This document shows, piece by piece, positions 1-10,963 of a stretch of 64,000 nt of DNA. Positions within the stretch are counted from its first letter, which is position 1. Every line of letters starts with the position of its first letter. A program made the translations under genes and the position numbers. Origin of the DNA: an uncultured Trueperaceae bacterium. GTDB lineage: Bacteria; Deinococcota; Deinococci; Deinococcales; Trueperaceae. The notes under the pieces were generated by a model. That model was not told the origin of the DNA. It saw only the letters and a program-made list of their open reading frames with translations, and did not search any database. The stretch is from contig CAVSGP010000015.1 in NCBI GenBank assembly GCA_963727505.1, positions 1 through 64,000 on the forward strand, in the 5' to 3' direction.

Positions 1-71
1 GCGACCTGCGAGCAGGCCGCGAGCGCAGCAACGATAACCACGACGAATGCGAGTCGCAACGATTTCCTCAT
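1..71 (-). CDS. N-terminus of a lipoprotein (runs off the window)
   Basis: Manual translation from ATG 71: MRKSLRLAFVVVIVAALAAC-SQV, with lipobox LAAC; GGGAGAAG RBS upstream. Confidence 0.7.
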   Translation of the reverse strand, partial: MRKSLRLAFVVVIVAALAACSQV

Positions 72-326
72 GCTTCTCCCCATCTCTCCTCGTTCCTTCA
101 GGTGGCTTCCGACTCTCGCTCGGGCGCCGACCTCCCCCCTCCCCGTGGCGCTCCGAGAACGACGCGTCGCGGACCGCCTGGGACGGTCCGAACAACGCGG
201 GCACGGCGCTGCGCCGTGCCGACTCACGAATGGCCTTCCCGACTATCCTACCGGCCGGAAGAAATCGGCGGGTGAGCGGGGGTCACCACCCTTGGCGTGG
301 CGCCATTTTGGCGCTAGCATGGTGGC

Positions 327-557
327 ATGCCGAGCATCCAAGTGAAAGACGTGCCCCAGGACGTGCACGCCGTCCTTCGCCGGCGGGCGGCCGAGGCTGG
401 GATGTCGTTGCAGGAGTACCTGCTGGGCCGGTTGGTGGAGCAGGCGCGCCGCCCGACCCTGGACGAAGTCCTGCGTCGCGCCTCGGGCCGGTCCGGCGGC
501 TCCGTGCCGCTCGACTTCGCCGCCGACGCCGTGCGCCGCGACCGGGAGTCTCATTGA
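327..557 (+). CDS. vapB: FitA/VapB-like ribbon-helix-helix antitoxin
   Basis: MPSIQVKDVPQDVHAVLRRRAAEAGMSLQEYL RHH pattern; stop overlaps the PIN toxin start. Confidence 0.85.
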   Translation: MPSIQVKDVPQDVHAVLRRRAAEAGMSLQEYLLGRLVEQARRPTLDEVLRRASGRSGGSVPLDFAADAVRRDRESH

Positions 558-967
558 TCGTCGTCGACGCCTCGGTGCTGGCGCCGGGCCTGAGCGACGA
601 CGGGCCGGACGGCGAGCTGGCCCGCCAGCGCCTGCGGGGAGACGAGCTGGCCGCGCCCGCCCTGATCGACCTCGAGGTCGCGTCGGTGTTGCGGCGGGCG
701 GCGCGCGCCGGACGGTTGGACGACCTCCGCGTGCGGCAGGCGCTGGCCGACCTGGCTGCGCTCCCCATGCAACGGGCCCTTCACGGCTCCCTGATGGAGC
801 GGATCTGGGAGCTGCGCGACAACGTCACCGTCTACGACGCTGCGTACATCGCCCTTGCCGAAGCCTTGGACGCCGTGTTCCTCACAGCGGATGCCCGGTT
901 GGCGGGCGCGGCGGGGCCAGGGTGCGGTATTGGGTGCGTGATCGAGGTGTTGAGCCGCTCCTCCTGA
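554..967 (+). CDS. vapC: PIN-domain VapC toxin
   Basis: TTG start overlapping the antitoxin TGA; IVVDAS, LEVASVLRR and YDAAYIALAE..TAD motifs. Confidence 0.88.
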   Translation: MIVVDASVLAPGLSDDGPDGELARQRLRGDELAAPALIDLEVASVLRRAARAGRLDDLRVRQALADLAALPMQRALHGSLMERIWELRDNVTVYDAAYIALAEALDAVFLTADARLAGAAGPGCGIGCVIEVLSRSS

Positions 968-1047
968 CACGTCTTCCCGACATGCCTACTTGACCGGGCC
1001 CGAGCCCGCGAACGCCCTCTCACGAGCGCCGGGACTATGGTGGACGC

Positions 1048-2532
1048 ATGGCCGCGAACGACACGGATCGCCAGAGCCCTCCCACCCTCTTCGTCATCTT
1101 CGGCGCCACCGGTGACCTGGCGGGCCGCAAGCTCATCCCCGCGCTCTACAACGTGGTGCGGCGCGGCCGGCTCGACGGCTTCCACGTGCTGGGCGCCGCC
1201 CTCGACGAGCTCGACGACACCACCTTCCGGCAGCACGTCTTCGAGCGCTTGGACGAGCGCGACCTCGACTCGCAGAAACTCAAGAAGTGGTGCAACGAGC
1301 GGCTGCACTACCAGACCATGCCCGACAGCTCGCCGGACAGCTTCTCCAGGCTGGGCAAGCGCATCGAGGACCTGGAGGGCGAGCTCGACCTCCCCGGCAA
1401 CCGCGTCTTCTACCTGGCGCTGCCGCCCGGCGCCGTCCCCGACGTCATCGACGGGCTGGGCGAGCAGGGGCTCAACGAGGCGCCGGGGTCCGCGCACGGG
1501 CAGGGTTTCGCCCGCATCGTCATCGAGAAGCCCTTCGGCACCGACCTGGACAGCGCCCAGCAGCTCAACGCCCGCGTGCACCAGCACTTCGCCGAGGAGC
1601 AGGTCTACCGCATCGACCATTACCTCGGCAAGGACACGGTGCAGAACCTGCTGGCCTTCCGCTTCGCCAACCCCATCTTCGAGCACGTCTGGAACCGCGA
1701 CCGCGTCGAGCGCGTCGAGATCACCGTGGCCGAGACGCTGGGCGTCGAACACCGCGCCTCCTACTACGACCGCGCCGGCGCGCTGCGCGACATGGTGCAG
1801 AACCACATGACGCAGGTGCTGTGCTTCGCCGCCATGGAAGCGCCCGCCGCCTTCGACGCCGACAGCATCCGCCACGAGAAGGTCAAGGTGCTGCGCAGCA
1901 TGCAGCCGCACGGCGTCAAGAACGCCGTCTTCGGGCAGTACACGCGCGGCGACATCGATGACAGCGGGGTGCGCGGCTACCTCGAGGAGGACGGCGTCCC
2001 CTCGGACTCCGAGACCCCCACCTACGTCGCCATGGAGCTGGGCGTCGCCAACTGGCGCTGGCAGGGCGTGCCCTTCGTGCTGCGCACCGGCAAGCGCCTG
2101 CCCAAGAAGGTGACCGAGGTGGCGGTGGTGTTCCGCAGCCCGCCCACCGAGTTCTTCCACCCCCTGCACGGCGACGGCGACCCGCACGGCGACGTGCTGC
2201 GCATCACCGTGCAGCCGCACGAGGGCTTCCACCTCTCCTTCGACGTCAAGGAGCCCGGCCCCAGCTTCGAGCTCACCAAGCAGTCCCTCGAGTTCCGCTA
2301 CGCCGACGCCTTCGAGCCGCTGCCCGACGCCTACGAGACGCTGCTGGTCGACGTGGTCGAGGGCGACCAGACGCTGTTCGTGCGCGGCGACGAGGTCGAG
2401 GCCTCCTGGGCGCTGTACACGCCGCTGCTCGAGGACCCGCCCGAGGTCCACCCCTACCCCGCCGGCACCTGGGGGCCCAAGGAGGCCGGGAAGGTGCTCG
2501 ACGAGGAGCTGTGGCACGCGGGGCGGGGCTGA
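1048..2532 (+). CDS. zwf: Glucose-6-phosphate 1-dehydrogenase
   Basis: GATGDLA, EKPFG, RIDHYLGK, RDMVQNH motifs. Confidence 0.97.
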   Translation: MAANDTDRQSPPTLFVIFGATGDLAGRKLIPALYNVVRRGRLDGFHVLGAALDELDDTTFRQHVFERLDERDLDSQKLKKWCNERLHYQTMPDSSPDSFSRLGKRIEDLEGELDLPGNRVFYLALPPGAVPDVIDGLGEQGLNEAPGSAHGQGFARIVIEKPFGTDLDSAQQLNARVHQHFAEEQVYRIDHYLGKDTVQNLLAFRFANPIFEHVWNRDRVERVEITVAETLGVEHRASYYDRAGALRDMVQNHMTQVLCFAAMEAPAAFDADSIRHEKVKVLRSMQPHGVKNAVFGQYTRGDIDDSGVRGYLEEDGVPSDSETPTYVAMELGVANWRWQGVPFVLRTGKRLPKKVTEVAVVFRSPPTEFFHPLHGDGDPHGDVLRITVQPHEGFHLSFDVKEPGPSFELTKQSLEFRYADAFEPLPDAYETLLVDVVEGDQTLFVRGDEVEASWALYTPLLEDPPEVHPYPAGTWGPKEAGKVLDEELWHAGRG

Positions 2533-2840
2533 GGAGTCCAACAGCGGTCACTGCGTGGCGTTGAGTCGGCTCCTATACTTCAAGGCATCCCGAACCCGAA
2601 CAGGAGCCAGGCTCCACGTATCGAGGTGTCCTCATGAACGTTGTCCCAATCGCCGTGCTTTCGATGCCCGTTCCTCGTGGGGGCAACGCAACCCTGAGCT
2701 CTGCCCCAGTGTGGCGGAAGCGCTAGCTGGCGCTCGTTGCCGCGTGAGAGCCACCGCGACACACCGAGTCGCGAACACCACCCCGGGTCGATGCCAACCT
2801 GCCGGCGTTCCGGGGGCCGAAGGGGGGTTGGGGCACATCC

Positions 2841-4280
2841 ATGCTGGGTCCGCACTTGAATTCTGACGAGAACGCAGGGGTGGCGCCGAGGGGCTCTCGC
2901 GGCTCCGCGACCGCGCAACCCGATCCGTCTTCCGCGCCTGCCGGCTTCGCAGGGTCCCGGCCGCCCGAGGCATCTCCCTACCAGAACGGCTCATCCGGCC
3001 GTGCGCTTGCTCCAGATCCCGCCATCGAGGTCCCGGACGAGCGCGAGCCCGTCCTCGGCGTAGGGGTACAGGGCGCACTCCTGGACGGCCTTGGGCTCCT
3101 GCTTGCCGCGTCCGTAGCGACGCTACGGGTCCCGGCCGACCAGCGCCTGCTCTTCGCGAGCCTGCTGGCGGTCGTGGGCTGGGCGTCGTGGCTCGTGGCG
3201 GCGCAGCATCGCTCGGTCTTCACGGTGCTCACCAAGCGCAACCCGCGGCTGCTCCTCGCACCGGTGTTCGCGCCGATCGCCGTGTTGCTCCTGGAGGCGC
3301 TGGCGCGCGGCTACTACTCGATCAGTTCGCTGGGTATCTACGGCGTCATCTGGGGCGTCTGGATGGTGCTGGCTCGCGCCACCGGGGTGCGCGCCAAGCA
3401 GCGGACCACGGTTCTGGTGCCCGGCGCGCCCGCGTACCTGGCCGAGCTCGAACACCTGAACGACGTCACCGTCCTCCGTTCCGACACGCCGCCGGCGAGC
3501 TTCGCGGGGCTGGACGTGGTCATCACCGCCCCGATGGAGAGCTACTCCACGGAATGGCTCCACTGGCTCACGCACGCAGACCTCGCCGGTGTGCGGCTGA
3601 TGGCCGCTCCCCTGGCGTTGGAGCATCTGACCGGCTGCACACCGGTCGAGGCCCTGCAGGATCGGTGGGCCGAGGGGGTGCTCGCCGGACGATCCGGTTA
3701 CATGGACTGGAAGCGCTTCCTGGACGTCGTTGTGGTCATCGTCGCGTCTCCTATCCTGGTGCTGCTGTTCCTCGGCGTCACCGTCGCCGTGCTGATCTCC
3801 AGCGGCTGGCCGGTGATCTTCGTCCAGGAGCGGACGGGCAAGGGCGGCACGCCATTCCGGATGCTGAAGTTCCGCACCATGCGGCTGGACGCGGAAGAGA
3901 ACGGCCCCAGCTTCGCCTGCGAGGACGACCCTCGTGTCACGCGCGTAGGCCGGCTGCTGCGCAAGATGCGCCTCGACGAGGTCCCGCAGTTCTGGAACGT
4001 GCTCAAGGGCGACATGAGCATCATCGGCCCGCGACCGGAACAGACCGGCTTCACGACCCTGTTCGAGACGCGGGTCCCGCACTACGCGTTGCGGCACATG
4101 GTGCGGCCGGGCATCACCGGGTGGGCCCAGGTGATGCACGGCTACACCGCCGACGTCACAGAGACCTCGGAGAAGCTTCGCTATGACCTCTATTACGTTC
4201 GGCACTGCTCCTTCCTCCTCGACCTGGAGATCGTGGTACGAACGATCGGCATCGTCTTGACGGGATTCGGGTCGCGGTGA
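2841..4280 (+). CDS. Priming polyprenyl-phosphate glycosylphosphotransferase (true start probably downstream)
   Basis: N-terminal TM helices; C-terminal KFRTM, DDPRVT, RLDEVPQFWNVLKGDMSIIGPRPE, RPGITGWAQV. Confidence 0.92.
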   Translation: MLGPHLNSDENAGVAPRGSRGSATAQPDPSSAPAGFAGSRPPEASPYQNGSSGRALAPDPAIEVPDEREPVLGVGVQGALLDGLGLLLAASVATLRVPADQRLLFASLLAVVGWASWLVAAQHRSVFTVLTKRNPRLLLAPVFAPIAVLLLEALARGYYSISSLGIYGVIWGVWMVLARATGVRAKQRTTVLVPGAPAYLAELEHLNDVTVLRSDTPPASFAGLDVVITAPMESYSTEWLHWLTHADLAGVRLMAAPLALEHLTGCTPVEALQDRWAEGVLAGRSGYMDWKRFLDVVVVIVASPILVLLFLGVTVAVLISSGWPVIFVQERTGKGGTPFRMLKFRTMRLDAEENGPSFACEDDPRVTRVGRLLRKMRLDEVPQFWNVLKGDMSIIGPRPEQTGFTTLFETRVPHYALRHMVRPGITGWAQVMHGYTADVTETSEKLRYDLYYVRHCSFLLDLEIVVRTIGIVLTGFGSR

Positions 4281-4406
4281 GCGGCCGCGGGTGCCGCGGT
4301 TGGGGGCGGCTCGCGGCCGGCCCCGGACCGCGGGCGCCCGGCCCTGGCCCTGGCTCTGGCCCGAACCCCACGGCATCGTCCAAGGTTCTATGGGGAAGGT
4401 GATGGC

Positions 4407-5423
4407 ATGAAGGTTGCGGTTGTCGGCTGCGGCTACTGGGGCAAGAACCTCGTCCGGAACTTCGCGAGCCTAGGTGCGCTCGAGATGGTATGTGACGAGA
4501 CGGAGGCAGGTCGCGCCAGGGCCCGTGAGCTGGCGCCGGAGGCGAGCGTCGTCGACGACTTCGAGCGCGTCCTGGCCTCGGACGTCGACGGCGTCGTGCT
4601 GGCGACGCCTGCGGCGAGCCACTTCGCGCTCGCGCGCCGGGCGCTGAAGGCGTCGAAGGACGTGTTCGTCGAGAAGCCGCTGGCGCTGCATTACGCCGAA
4701 GGCGTCGAGCTCGTGCGCCTCGCCGCCACTACCGGGCGCATGTTGATGGTGGGCCACGTGCTGGAGTACCACCCGGCCGTCGTCGAGCTGACGCGCATGG
4801 TGCGCGCCGGCGAGCTGGGTCGGGTCCAGTACGTGTACTCCAACCGCCTCAGCCTGGGCAAGGTTCGGCGCGAAGAGAACATCCTGTGGAGCTTCGCGCC
4901 CCACGATGTCGCGGTGGTCCTCCGGCTGATGGGGGAGCTCCCCTTCCAGGTCGCTGCCACCGGTGGCTCCTACCTGCAACCCAACGTCGCCGACGTCACC
5001 GTCACCCATCTGCTGTTCAACAACGGCGTCCGGGCGCACATCCATGTGTCGTGGCTCCACCCCTTCAAGGAGCAGCGGCTGGTGGTCATCGGCGACCGCC
5101 GCATGGCGAGCTTCGACGACGTCCACAAGCAACTCATGGTGTACGACCAGCACGTCACCGTCGATGCCTCGGGCGGCGATCCCGTGGCCGTGCGGGGCGA
5201 CGGCGAGGCCGTCGCCTTCGGTGACACCGAACCGCTGCGCGCTGAATGCCAGGCGTTCCTCGACGCTATGGAGACGCGGCGGCCGCCCCTCACCGACGGA
5301 CGCAGCGGTGCACAGGTCCTGCGCGTGCTGCAGGCGGCGCAGCGCTCGCTGATCACCAACGGCGAGCCGATCGTGCTCTCCGAGTCGGGCGGCGTGACGC
5401 CGGGCGAAGAAGTCGCGCGATGA
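4407..5423 (+). CDS. Gfo/Idh/MocA oxidoreductase, WbpB/WlbA-like UDP-GlcNAcA 3-dehydrogenase
   Basis: GCGYWG, EKP motif; coupled to an acetyltransferase and an aminotransferase. Confidence 0.85.
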   Translation: MKVAVVGCGYWGKNLVRNFASLGALEMVCDETEAGRARARELAPEASVVDDFERVLASDVDGVVLATPAASHFALARRALKASKDVFVEKPLALHYAEGVELVRLAATTGRMLMVGHVLEYHPAVVELTRMVRAGELGRVQYVYSNRLSLGKVRREENILWSFAPHDVAVVLRLMGELPFQVAATGGSYLQPNVADVTVTHLLFNNGVRAHIHVSWLHPFKEQRLVVIGDRRMASFDDVHKQLMVYDQHVTVDASGGDPVAVRGDGEAVAFGDTEPLRAECQAFLDAMETRRPPLTDGRSGAQVLRVLQAAQRSLITNGEPIVLSESGGVTPGEEVAR

Positions 5424-6001
5424 GCGAGGCGGTCGTCCACGCCACCGCGGTGGTCGACGAGGGCGCGGTGGTGGGCCGGGGCACGCGCATCTGGCACTTC
5501 AGCCACGTCATGCCGGGCGCGGTCATCGGAGAGCGCTGCTCGCTGGGGCAGAACGTGTTCGTCGCGAACAACGTCCGCATCGGCGACAACGTGAAGATCC
5601 AGAACAACGTCAGCGTCTACGAGGGGGTCGTTCTCGAGGACGACGTCTTCTGCGGGCCCAGCATGGTCTTCACCAACGTCCGGACACCCCGAAGCGCCTT
5701 CCCTCGTAACACCTCCGAGGACTACGCGCCGACCCGGGTCGGTCGCGGCGCGAGCATCGGCGCCAACGCCACGATCGTGTGCGGCACGACCCTCGGAGAA
5801 GGAGCGTTCGTCGCGGCCGGCGCGGTCGTGACGAGAGACGTACCCGCCTACGCCATGGTGGCCGGCGTTCCCGCCCGTAGGATCGGCTGGATGAGCGCCT
5901 ACGGCGACCGGCTCGACTTCGATGAGCGCGGCAGGGCGGTCGATAGCCAGGGCCACATCTACCAGCAGGTGGACGGCGAGACCGTACGGAGGATCCAGTG
6001 A
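5420..6001 (+). CDS. wbpD: Hexapeptide N-acetyltransferase, WbpD/WlbB-like
   Basis: IWHFSHVM, KIQNNVSVYEGV..EDDVFCGPSMVFTNV, GVPARRIGWMS; ATG overlaps upstream TGA. Confidence 0.88.
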   Translation: MSEAVVHATAVVDEGAVVGRGTRIWHFSHVMPGAVIGERCSLGQNVFVANNVRIGDNVKIQNNVSVYEGVVLEDDVFCGPSMVFTNVRTPRSAFPRNTSEDYAPTRVGRGASIGANATIVCGTTLGEGAFVAAGAVVTRDVPAYAMVAGVPARRIGWMSAYGDRLDFDERGRAVDSQGHIYQQVDGETVRRIQ

Positions 6002-7112
6002 AGCCAAGCATCGAAACGCCAACCATCCCCGTCCTCGACCTCTCGCCGGAGATCGACGGGCTCTGGGACGAGGTGCAGGCCGCGCTACTCGCCGTCGTGC
6101 GCTCCGGCAAGTTCATCATGGGCCCGGACGTGCGGCGTTCGAGGACGAGGCCGCGGCGTTCCTCGGCGCCCGCCACGCCGTCGGGGTGAACTCGGGCACC
6201 GACGCCCTCGTGATCGCCCTGCGCGCCCTCGGCGTCGGGCCGGGCGACGAGGTGATCACGACGCCCTTCAGCTTCTTCGCCACCGCCGAGGCCGTCAGCG
6301 TGGTGGGCGCCACCCCGGTGTTCGTGGACATCGATCTCGAGAGCCTCGACCTCGACCCGACCCAGGTCGAGGCGGCGATCACGCCACGCACCAAGGTGCT
6401 CCTGCCCGTCCACCTGTTCGGCCGCGCCTGCGACATGGACGCTCTCACGGCCATCGCAGACGCCCACGGCCTGAAGATCCTCGAGGACTGCGCCCAGTCG
6501 TTCGGCGGCCGCGTCGGTGACCGGCGTACCGGGACGATCGGCGACGTCGGCGCCTACTCGTTCTTCCCCTCGAAGAACCTCGGCGCCTTCGGGGACGCCG
6601 GCCTCATCGCCACCGACGACGACGACCTCGCCGAGGCCGCCCGCATGCTCCGGGTCCACGGCGCGAAGAAGAAGTACCACAACGAGACGATCGGCTACAA
6701 CTCACGCCTCGACAGCCTGCAGGCGGCGGTGCTGCGCGTCAAGCTTCCCCACGTCGACCGCCGCAACGAGCTGCGCCGCGCTGCCGCAGGGCGCTACAAC
6801 GAGCTCCTGAGCGGCGTGCCGGGCGTGATCACGCCCGAGATCGTCGACGGTCACGTGTTCCACCAGTACACCGTGCGGCTGCTCGACGCCGACCGCGATG
6901 CGGTTCAGGCGGCGATGCGCGAGCAGGGCGTGGGCACCATGGTCTACTACCCCGTCCCCCAGGATCGGCTCCCGGCGTACGCCGGCCGCCACCACCGCAA
7001 CCCGATCAGCGACCTCGCCGCCACTCAGGTGCTGAGCCTCCCGATCTGGCCGGAGATGGCGCCGGACGTCCAAGCGCGTGTCGTTAGGGTTCTGGGCGAC
7101 GCGCTGGCGTGA
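5998..7112 (+). CDS. DegT/DnrJ/EryC1 aminotransferase, WbpE/WlbC-like; frameshift near 6132
   Basis: N-terminus in ORF 5998-6189, remainder in 5922-7112: NSGTDAL, EDCAQS, SFFPSKNLGAFGD, GYNSRLD. Confidence 0.88.
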
Positions 7113-8431
7113 GGCGGCTGACCGGCACGAATCTGCGCTCCCTGCTGCCGGGCGGCCGGACGCTCCGGAGCGTGGGCGTGCTGGTGGCCGGCACGGCGGG
7201 AGGGCAGGCGATCGTGCTCCTCGCCTCGCCGCTGCTCACGCGGCTGTACACGCCCGCCGAGTTCGGCTATCTCGGCGTGTTCGTCGCGCTGGTCGCCCTG
7301 GTGGTCGTCATCGGCTCGCTGCGCTACGAGGTTGCGGTATCGGTGGCCACCACCGACGCAGAGGCCAGGAACGTCCTTGCGTTGTGCCTCGCGATCGTCG
7401 CGGTGGTGGCCGCCGCCGTCGCGCTAGCCGTGGTGTGGCTGGCCGACCCATTGCTCGCGCTGCTGCGCGCCGAGGCGCTCGCACCCTACCTGTGGCTGCT
7501 TCCTGTCAGCATCGCCGGAGGCGCGAGCTACCAGGCGCTCAGCTATTGGGCCATCCGCACGGAGCGCTTCCGCCCGATCGCAGCCTCCACCGTTGCGCGA
7601 GGAGCGATCCAGGTGGCGGCCCAACTCGCCCTCGCCCTCTTGCACCCCGGCGCGGGGGGCCTGCTTGGAGGCGATGCGATGGGCCGGGTCGCCGCAACCG
7701 GACCGCTCGCTCGCCTGGCGGTCCGAGGCGCACACGGCGAGCAGCGCGTCGTGACGCTGCGGGGCATGGCAAGCGCCGCCGCCCGCTTCCGACGCTACCC
7801 CGCGTTCTCGGCTCCAGCCGCGCTTCTCAGCACTGCTTCCCTCCAGATCCCGGCGCTCCTGTTCGTCGCGCTGTACGACGCCCGCATCGCTGGCTTGATC
7901 GCTCTGGCGCAACGTGTCATCGGCGTGCCAGTCACGCTTCTCGGCAAGTCCGTCAGCCAGGTGTACGTGGGTCAGGCGGCACGGGTCGTGCGCGAGGACC
8001 CCGCACGCATGCGCATCGTGCTGATGGGAACGGTGCTGCGCTTGCTCGTGATCGCCACGCTGCCGGCGGCCGCATTGATGATCACTGGCCCCACCCTTTT
8101 CGCGCTGGCGTTCGGCGAATCGTGGCGGACTGCCGGCCAATTCGTGAGGCTCCTGGCGCCGATGTTCGTGGTGCAGTTCGCCGTCTTCCCGGTGTCGGAG
8201 ACGCTCAACCTGCTGGAGCGACAACGGCTCCGGCTGATATGGGACGTGGCGCGGTTGACGCTGGTGATCGCCGCGTTCTGGTCGGCCAGGACGCTGGACT
8301 GGTCGGCCTCGAACGCCGTTCTCGCCTACGCGGTCGTCATGTTCGTCTCCTACGCCCTGCTCTTCTTCCTCTCATGGCACGCCGCCGGGCGCGCGCGCGT
8401 CGCTGACGATCCGAGCGATGCCCAGGCCTGA
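7109..8431 (+). CDS. wzx: Wzx-type oligosaccharide flippase
   Basis: ~12 TM; PLLTRLYTPAEFG and LRYEVA motifs; polysaccharide locus. Confidence 0.85.
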   Translation: MRRLTGTNLRSLLPGGRTLRSVGVLVAGTAGGQAIVLLASPLLTRLYTPAEFGYLGVFVALVALVVVIGSLRYEVAVSVATTDAEARNVLALCLAIVAVVAAAVALAVVWLADPLLALLRAEALAPYLWLLPVSIAGGASYQALSYWAIRTERFRPIAASTVARGAIQVAAQLALALLHPGAGGLLGGDAMGRVAATGPLARLAVRGAHGEQRVVTLRGMASAAARFRRYPAFSAPAALLSTASLQIPALLFVALYDARIAGLIALAQRVIGVPVTLLGKSVSQVYVGQAARVVREDPARMRIVLMGTVLRLLVIATLPAAALMITGPTLFALAFGESWRTAGQFVRLLAPMFVVQFAVFPVSETLNLLERQRLRLIWDVARLTLVIAAFWSARTLDWSASNAVLAYAVVMFVSYALLFFLSWHAAGRARVADDPSDAQA

Positions 8432-8644
8432 TCTCGCGGTGCCACTCCCGCCGCAGCGAAGAACCGGCTCAGCCCGCGTTCGCGCGAAGGTCGGACCGGC
8501 TACGGGCGTTCCATGTACGGTAGAGAGGGTGGTCCAGAAACGCCAGGAAGCAAGCATGGGGTGCGGGGCCCGTGGTGCGCGCTGCGTCGCGCTGCGGCCC
8601 GGCGGGGCCCGGCTGTGGCGCGGCTGCGCCAAGGCGGCGCCAGC

Positions 8645-9907
8645 GTGACGGTCGACCGCGGTCGTACCCTGGCATCGGCGCTGCCGCCGGTCCTCATCCG
8701 CGGCATCGCGGCGCTGTTCTCCTTCGAAGCCGCATTCGCCGCATTCATGAACGCCGGCCACTTCAAGGGCTCTCCCGAGTTCGCCTGGGTTCCCGTCGAT
8801 CTCACTGCGCTGACCTTCGCGCTCAGCCTTCTCGCCGCCGTTGGCATCCTCGCTTTCCGAGGGCTGCGGGTGCGCCGTAGCGCCTTGCCCATCCTCGCGT
8901 TCGGGGCGGCGTTCGTGTTGTACGTCGCCGCAAGCCTGCTCTGGAGCCCTTCGCACGTGTACGGCCTGCAGAAGGCCGAGTTCGTCGGAACGCTCACGCT
9001 GTGGGCGCTCGTGGGTCCCGCGATCGTGATCGCCGGTGAGGTACGGAGGATGCGGCGGTTCCTGGTCTTCTTGCTGGCTCTCGCGCTCTGGATCGCCATC
9101 GCCGCAGCCCTGCGATCCGCGCAAGCGCCCGGCCCCACTTTCTTGGCGGTGCTCGGCGGCAGCTACCTGGGAGTGGGGCGGGCCATCGGGATCGGTGCGG
9201 CGATCGCACTCACCGCGCTGCTCACGCGTCGGCTCCATCCCGTGGTGCGGATCGCGGCCGGAGCTCTCTTCGGAGTGTCGTTGTACCTGCTGCTTCTCGT
9301 CGGCGGCCGCGGGCCCTTCTTGGCAACTCTCATCGCGTCGTCGTTGCCGCTCCTGCTGGGCATACGCGTGCTCGTCCCCGGCGTCGTGGCCGTCCGCCGC
9401 TACCTGCCGTGGTTACTGGTGATCGTCATCGTCGCCGCCGTCTCGATCACGGTGCTCGCGACCAGCCCCAACCCGCCTCAGACGCTGCGGCGACTGGAGT
9501 ACTCCACCTCCGCAACCATGGGCGGCTCCTCGGTGGCGACACGACTCTCCTGGTACGACGCCTCCCTTCGGCTGTGGACGGAGCGGCCGGTGTTCGGACA
9601 CGGGGTGGGGAGCTGGCCCATCCTCATGGGCTTCGCGGACGCCCGGGCCTACCCGCACGACATCGTCCTGGAGGTCCTGGTGGAGTACGGCGCTGTCGGC
9701 CTCGTTCTCATGATCGGGATGTTCGGAGCGGCCCTGCGCAACCTCGCGCCGTGGCGGACGCTTCGTTTCGACCCCTGGCGGATGGTCCTCCTCATGCTGT
9801 TCGTGAACGCCCTCGTCAACGCGCTGATCAGCGGCGACCTCTCCGACAATCGCTTCCTGTTCACGGTAGCCGGGATGATGGCGTTCGGCGCCAGGGGCTC
9901 TCGCTGA
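8645..9907 (+). CDS. O-antigen ligase/polymerase family membrane protein (Wzy-like)
   Basis: Multi-TM; GRGPF, PVFGHGVGSW, YPHDIVLEVLVEYG motifs; start uncertain. Confidence 0.8.
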   Translation: MTVDRGRTLASALPPVLIRGIAALFSFEAAFAAFMNAGHFKGSPEFAWVPVDLTALTFALSLLAAVGILAFRGLRVRRSALPILAFGAAFVLYVAASLLWSPSHVYGLQKAEFVGTLTLWALVGPAIVIAGEVRRMRRFLVFLLALALWIAIAAALRSAQAPGPTFLAVLGGSYLGVGRAIGIGAAIALTALLTRRLHPVVRIAAGALFGVSLYLLLLVGGRGPFLATLIASSLPLLLGIRVLVPGVVAVRRYLPWLLVIVIVAAVSITVLATSPNPPQTLRRLEYSTSATMGGSSVATRLSWYDASLRLWTERPVFGHGVGSWPILMGFADARAYPHDIVLEVLVEYGAVGLVLMIGMFGAALRNLAPWRTLRFDPWRMVLLMLFVNALVNALISGDLSDNRFLFTVAGMMAFGARGSR

Positions 9908-10867
9908 TGGAACCGGCCACGAGTCCCGTTCCGAAGCTCGCCTGGCCCGAGGGCAAGGCGTTCGCGTTCACGGTGTTCGACGACACCGACCGCCAGACCG
10001 TCGCCAACGTCAAGCCCGTCTACGACCTCCTGGCCGATCTCGGGTTCCGGACGACCAAGTCCGTGTGGCCAGTGGCAGGTACCCAGCCGGCCCGCTTCGC
10101 CGGCGCAACTTGCGACGACGCGGCGTACCTGGCCTGGACCCGGGAACTCCAGGCACAAGGGTTCGAAATCGCCCTGCACAACGCTACCTACCACACGTCG
10201 CCGCGCGAGGTGACGGCGCGGGCGCTGGCCACCTTCCAAGCGCTGTACGGACATCCGCCGCACGCCCACGCCAACCATTCTTCCAACCTCGAGGGCATCT
10301 ACTGGGGGGACGCACGCGTCACCGGCGTCAACCGCTGGCTCTACAACGTGATGACGCGCTTCCGTGCCGCCGGGACGTTCCAGGGCCATCGCGACGCGAG
10401 TCCTCTCTTCTGGGGCGATCTGTGCCGCGACACCCTCACCTACGTTCGCAACTTCGTCTTCGACGACATCAACACGTTACGCGCTTGTCCGCAGATGCCC
10501 TACGTCGACCCGGACCGCCCGTTCGTGCGTCGCTGGTTCGCCTCGTCCGACGGCCCTAACGCGGCCTCGTTCCTGCGCGCGCTGGCGGAGGAGAACCAGG
10601 ATCGCCTGGAGGAAGAAGGGGGAGCTTGCATCATGTACACGCACTTCGCCGAGGGATTCGTCGTGGACGGCAAGGTCGCTGCCTCGATTCGCGCGGTTGA
10701 TGGAACGCTTGAGCCTGAAGAACGGCTGGTTCGTACCGGTGACGACCCTGCTCGATCACATCGTGGTCCGTCGCGGCGAGCACGTACTCACACGCCGAGA
10801 GCGTGCCGAACTGGAGCGCCGCTGGCTCGCGAGTACGGTTCGGATCCGGCTGCGGTCGGTGGCCTGA
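9907..10867 (+). CDS. Polysaccharide deacetylase-like protein; frameshift near 10680
   Basis: FTVFDDTD, EIALHNA, CIMYTHF; C-terminus continues in ORF 10364-10867 (GWFVPVTTLLDH). Confidence 0.7.
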
Positions 10868-10963
10868 TGCCAACTCGGTCGTCGTACGCTCGCACAACGT
10901 CGCTCTCCAAGTGCGCCCTTCGCAGGCCACTCTTGGCCGAAGCGTGTGGGGGAGGATTCTTTC

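Noticed and set aside
2711..2726. ops/JUMPStart-like GGCGGAAGCG upstream of the polysaccharide operon
   Set aside because: Mismatch in the core GGTAG, and expected by chance at this GC content
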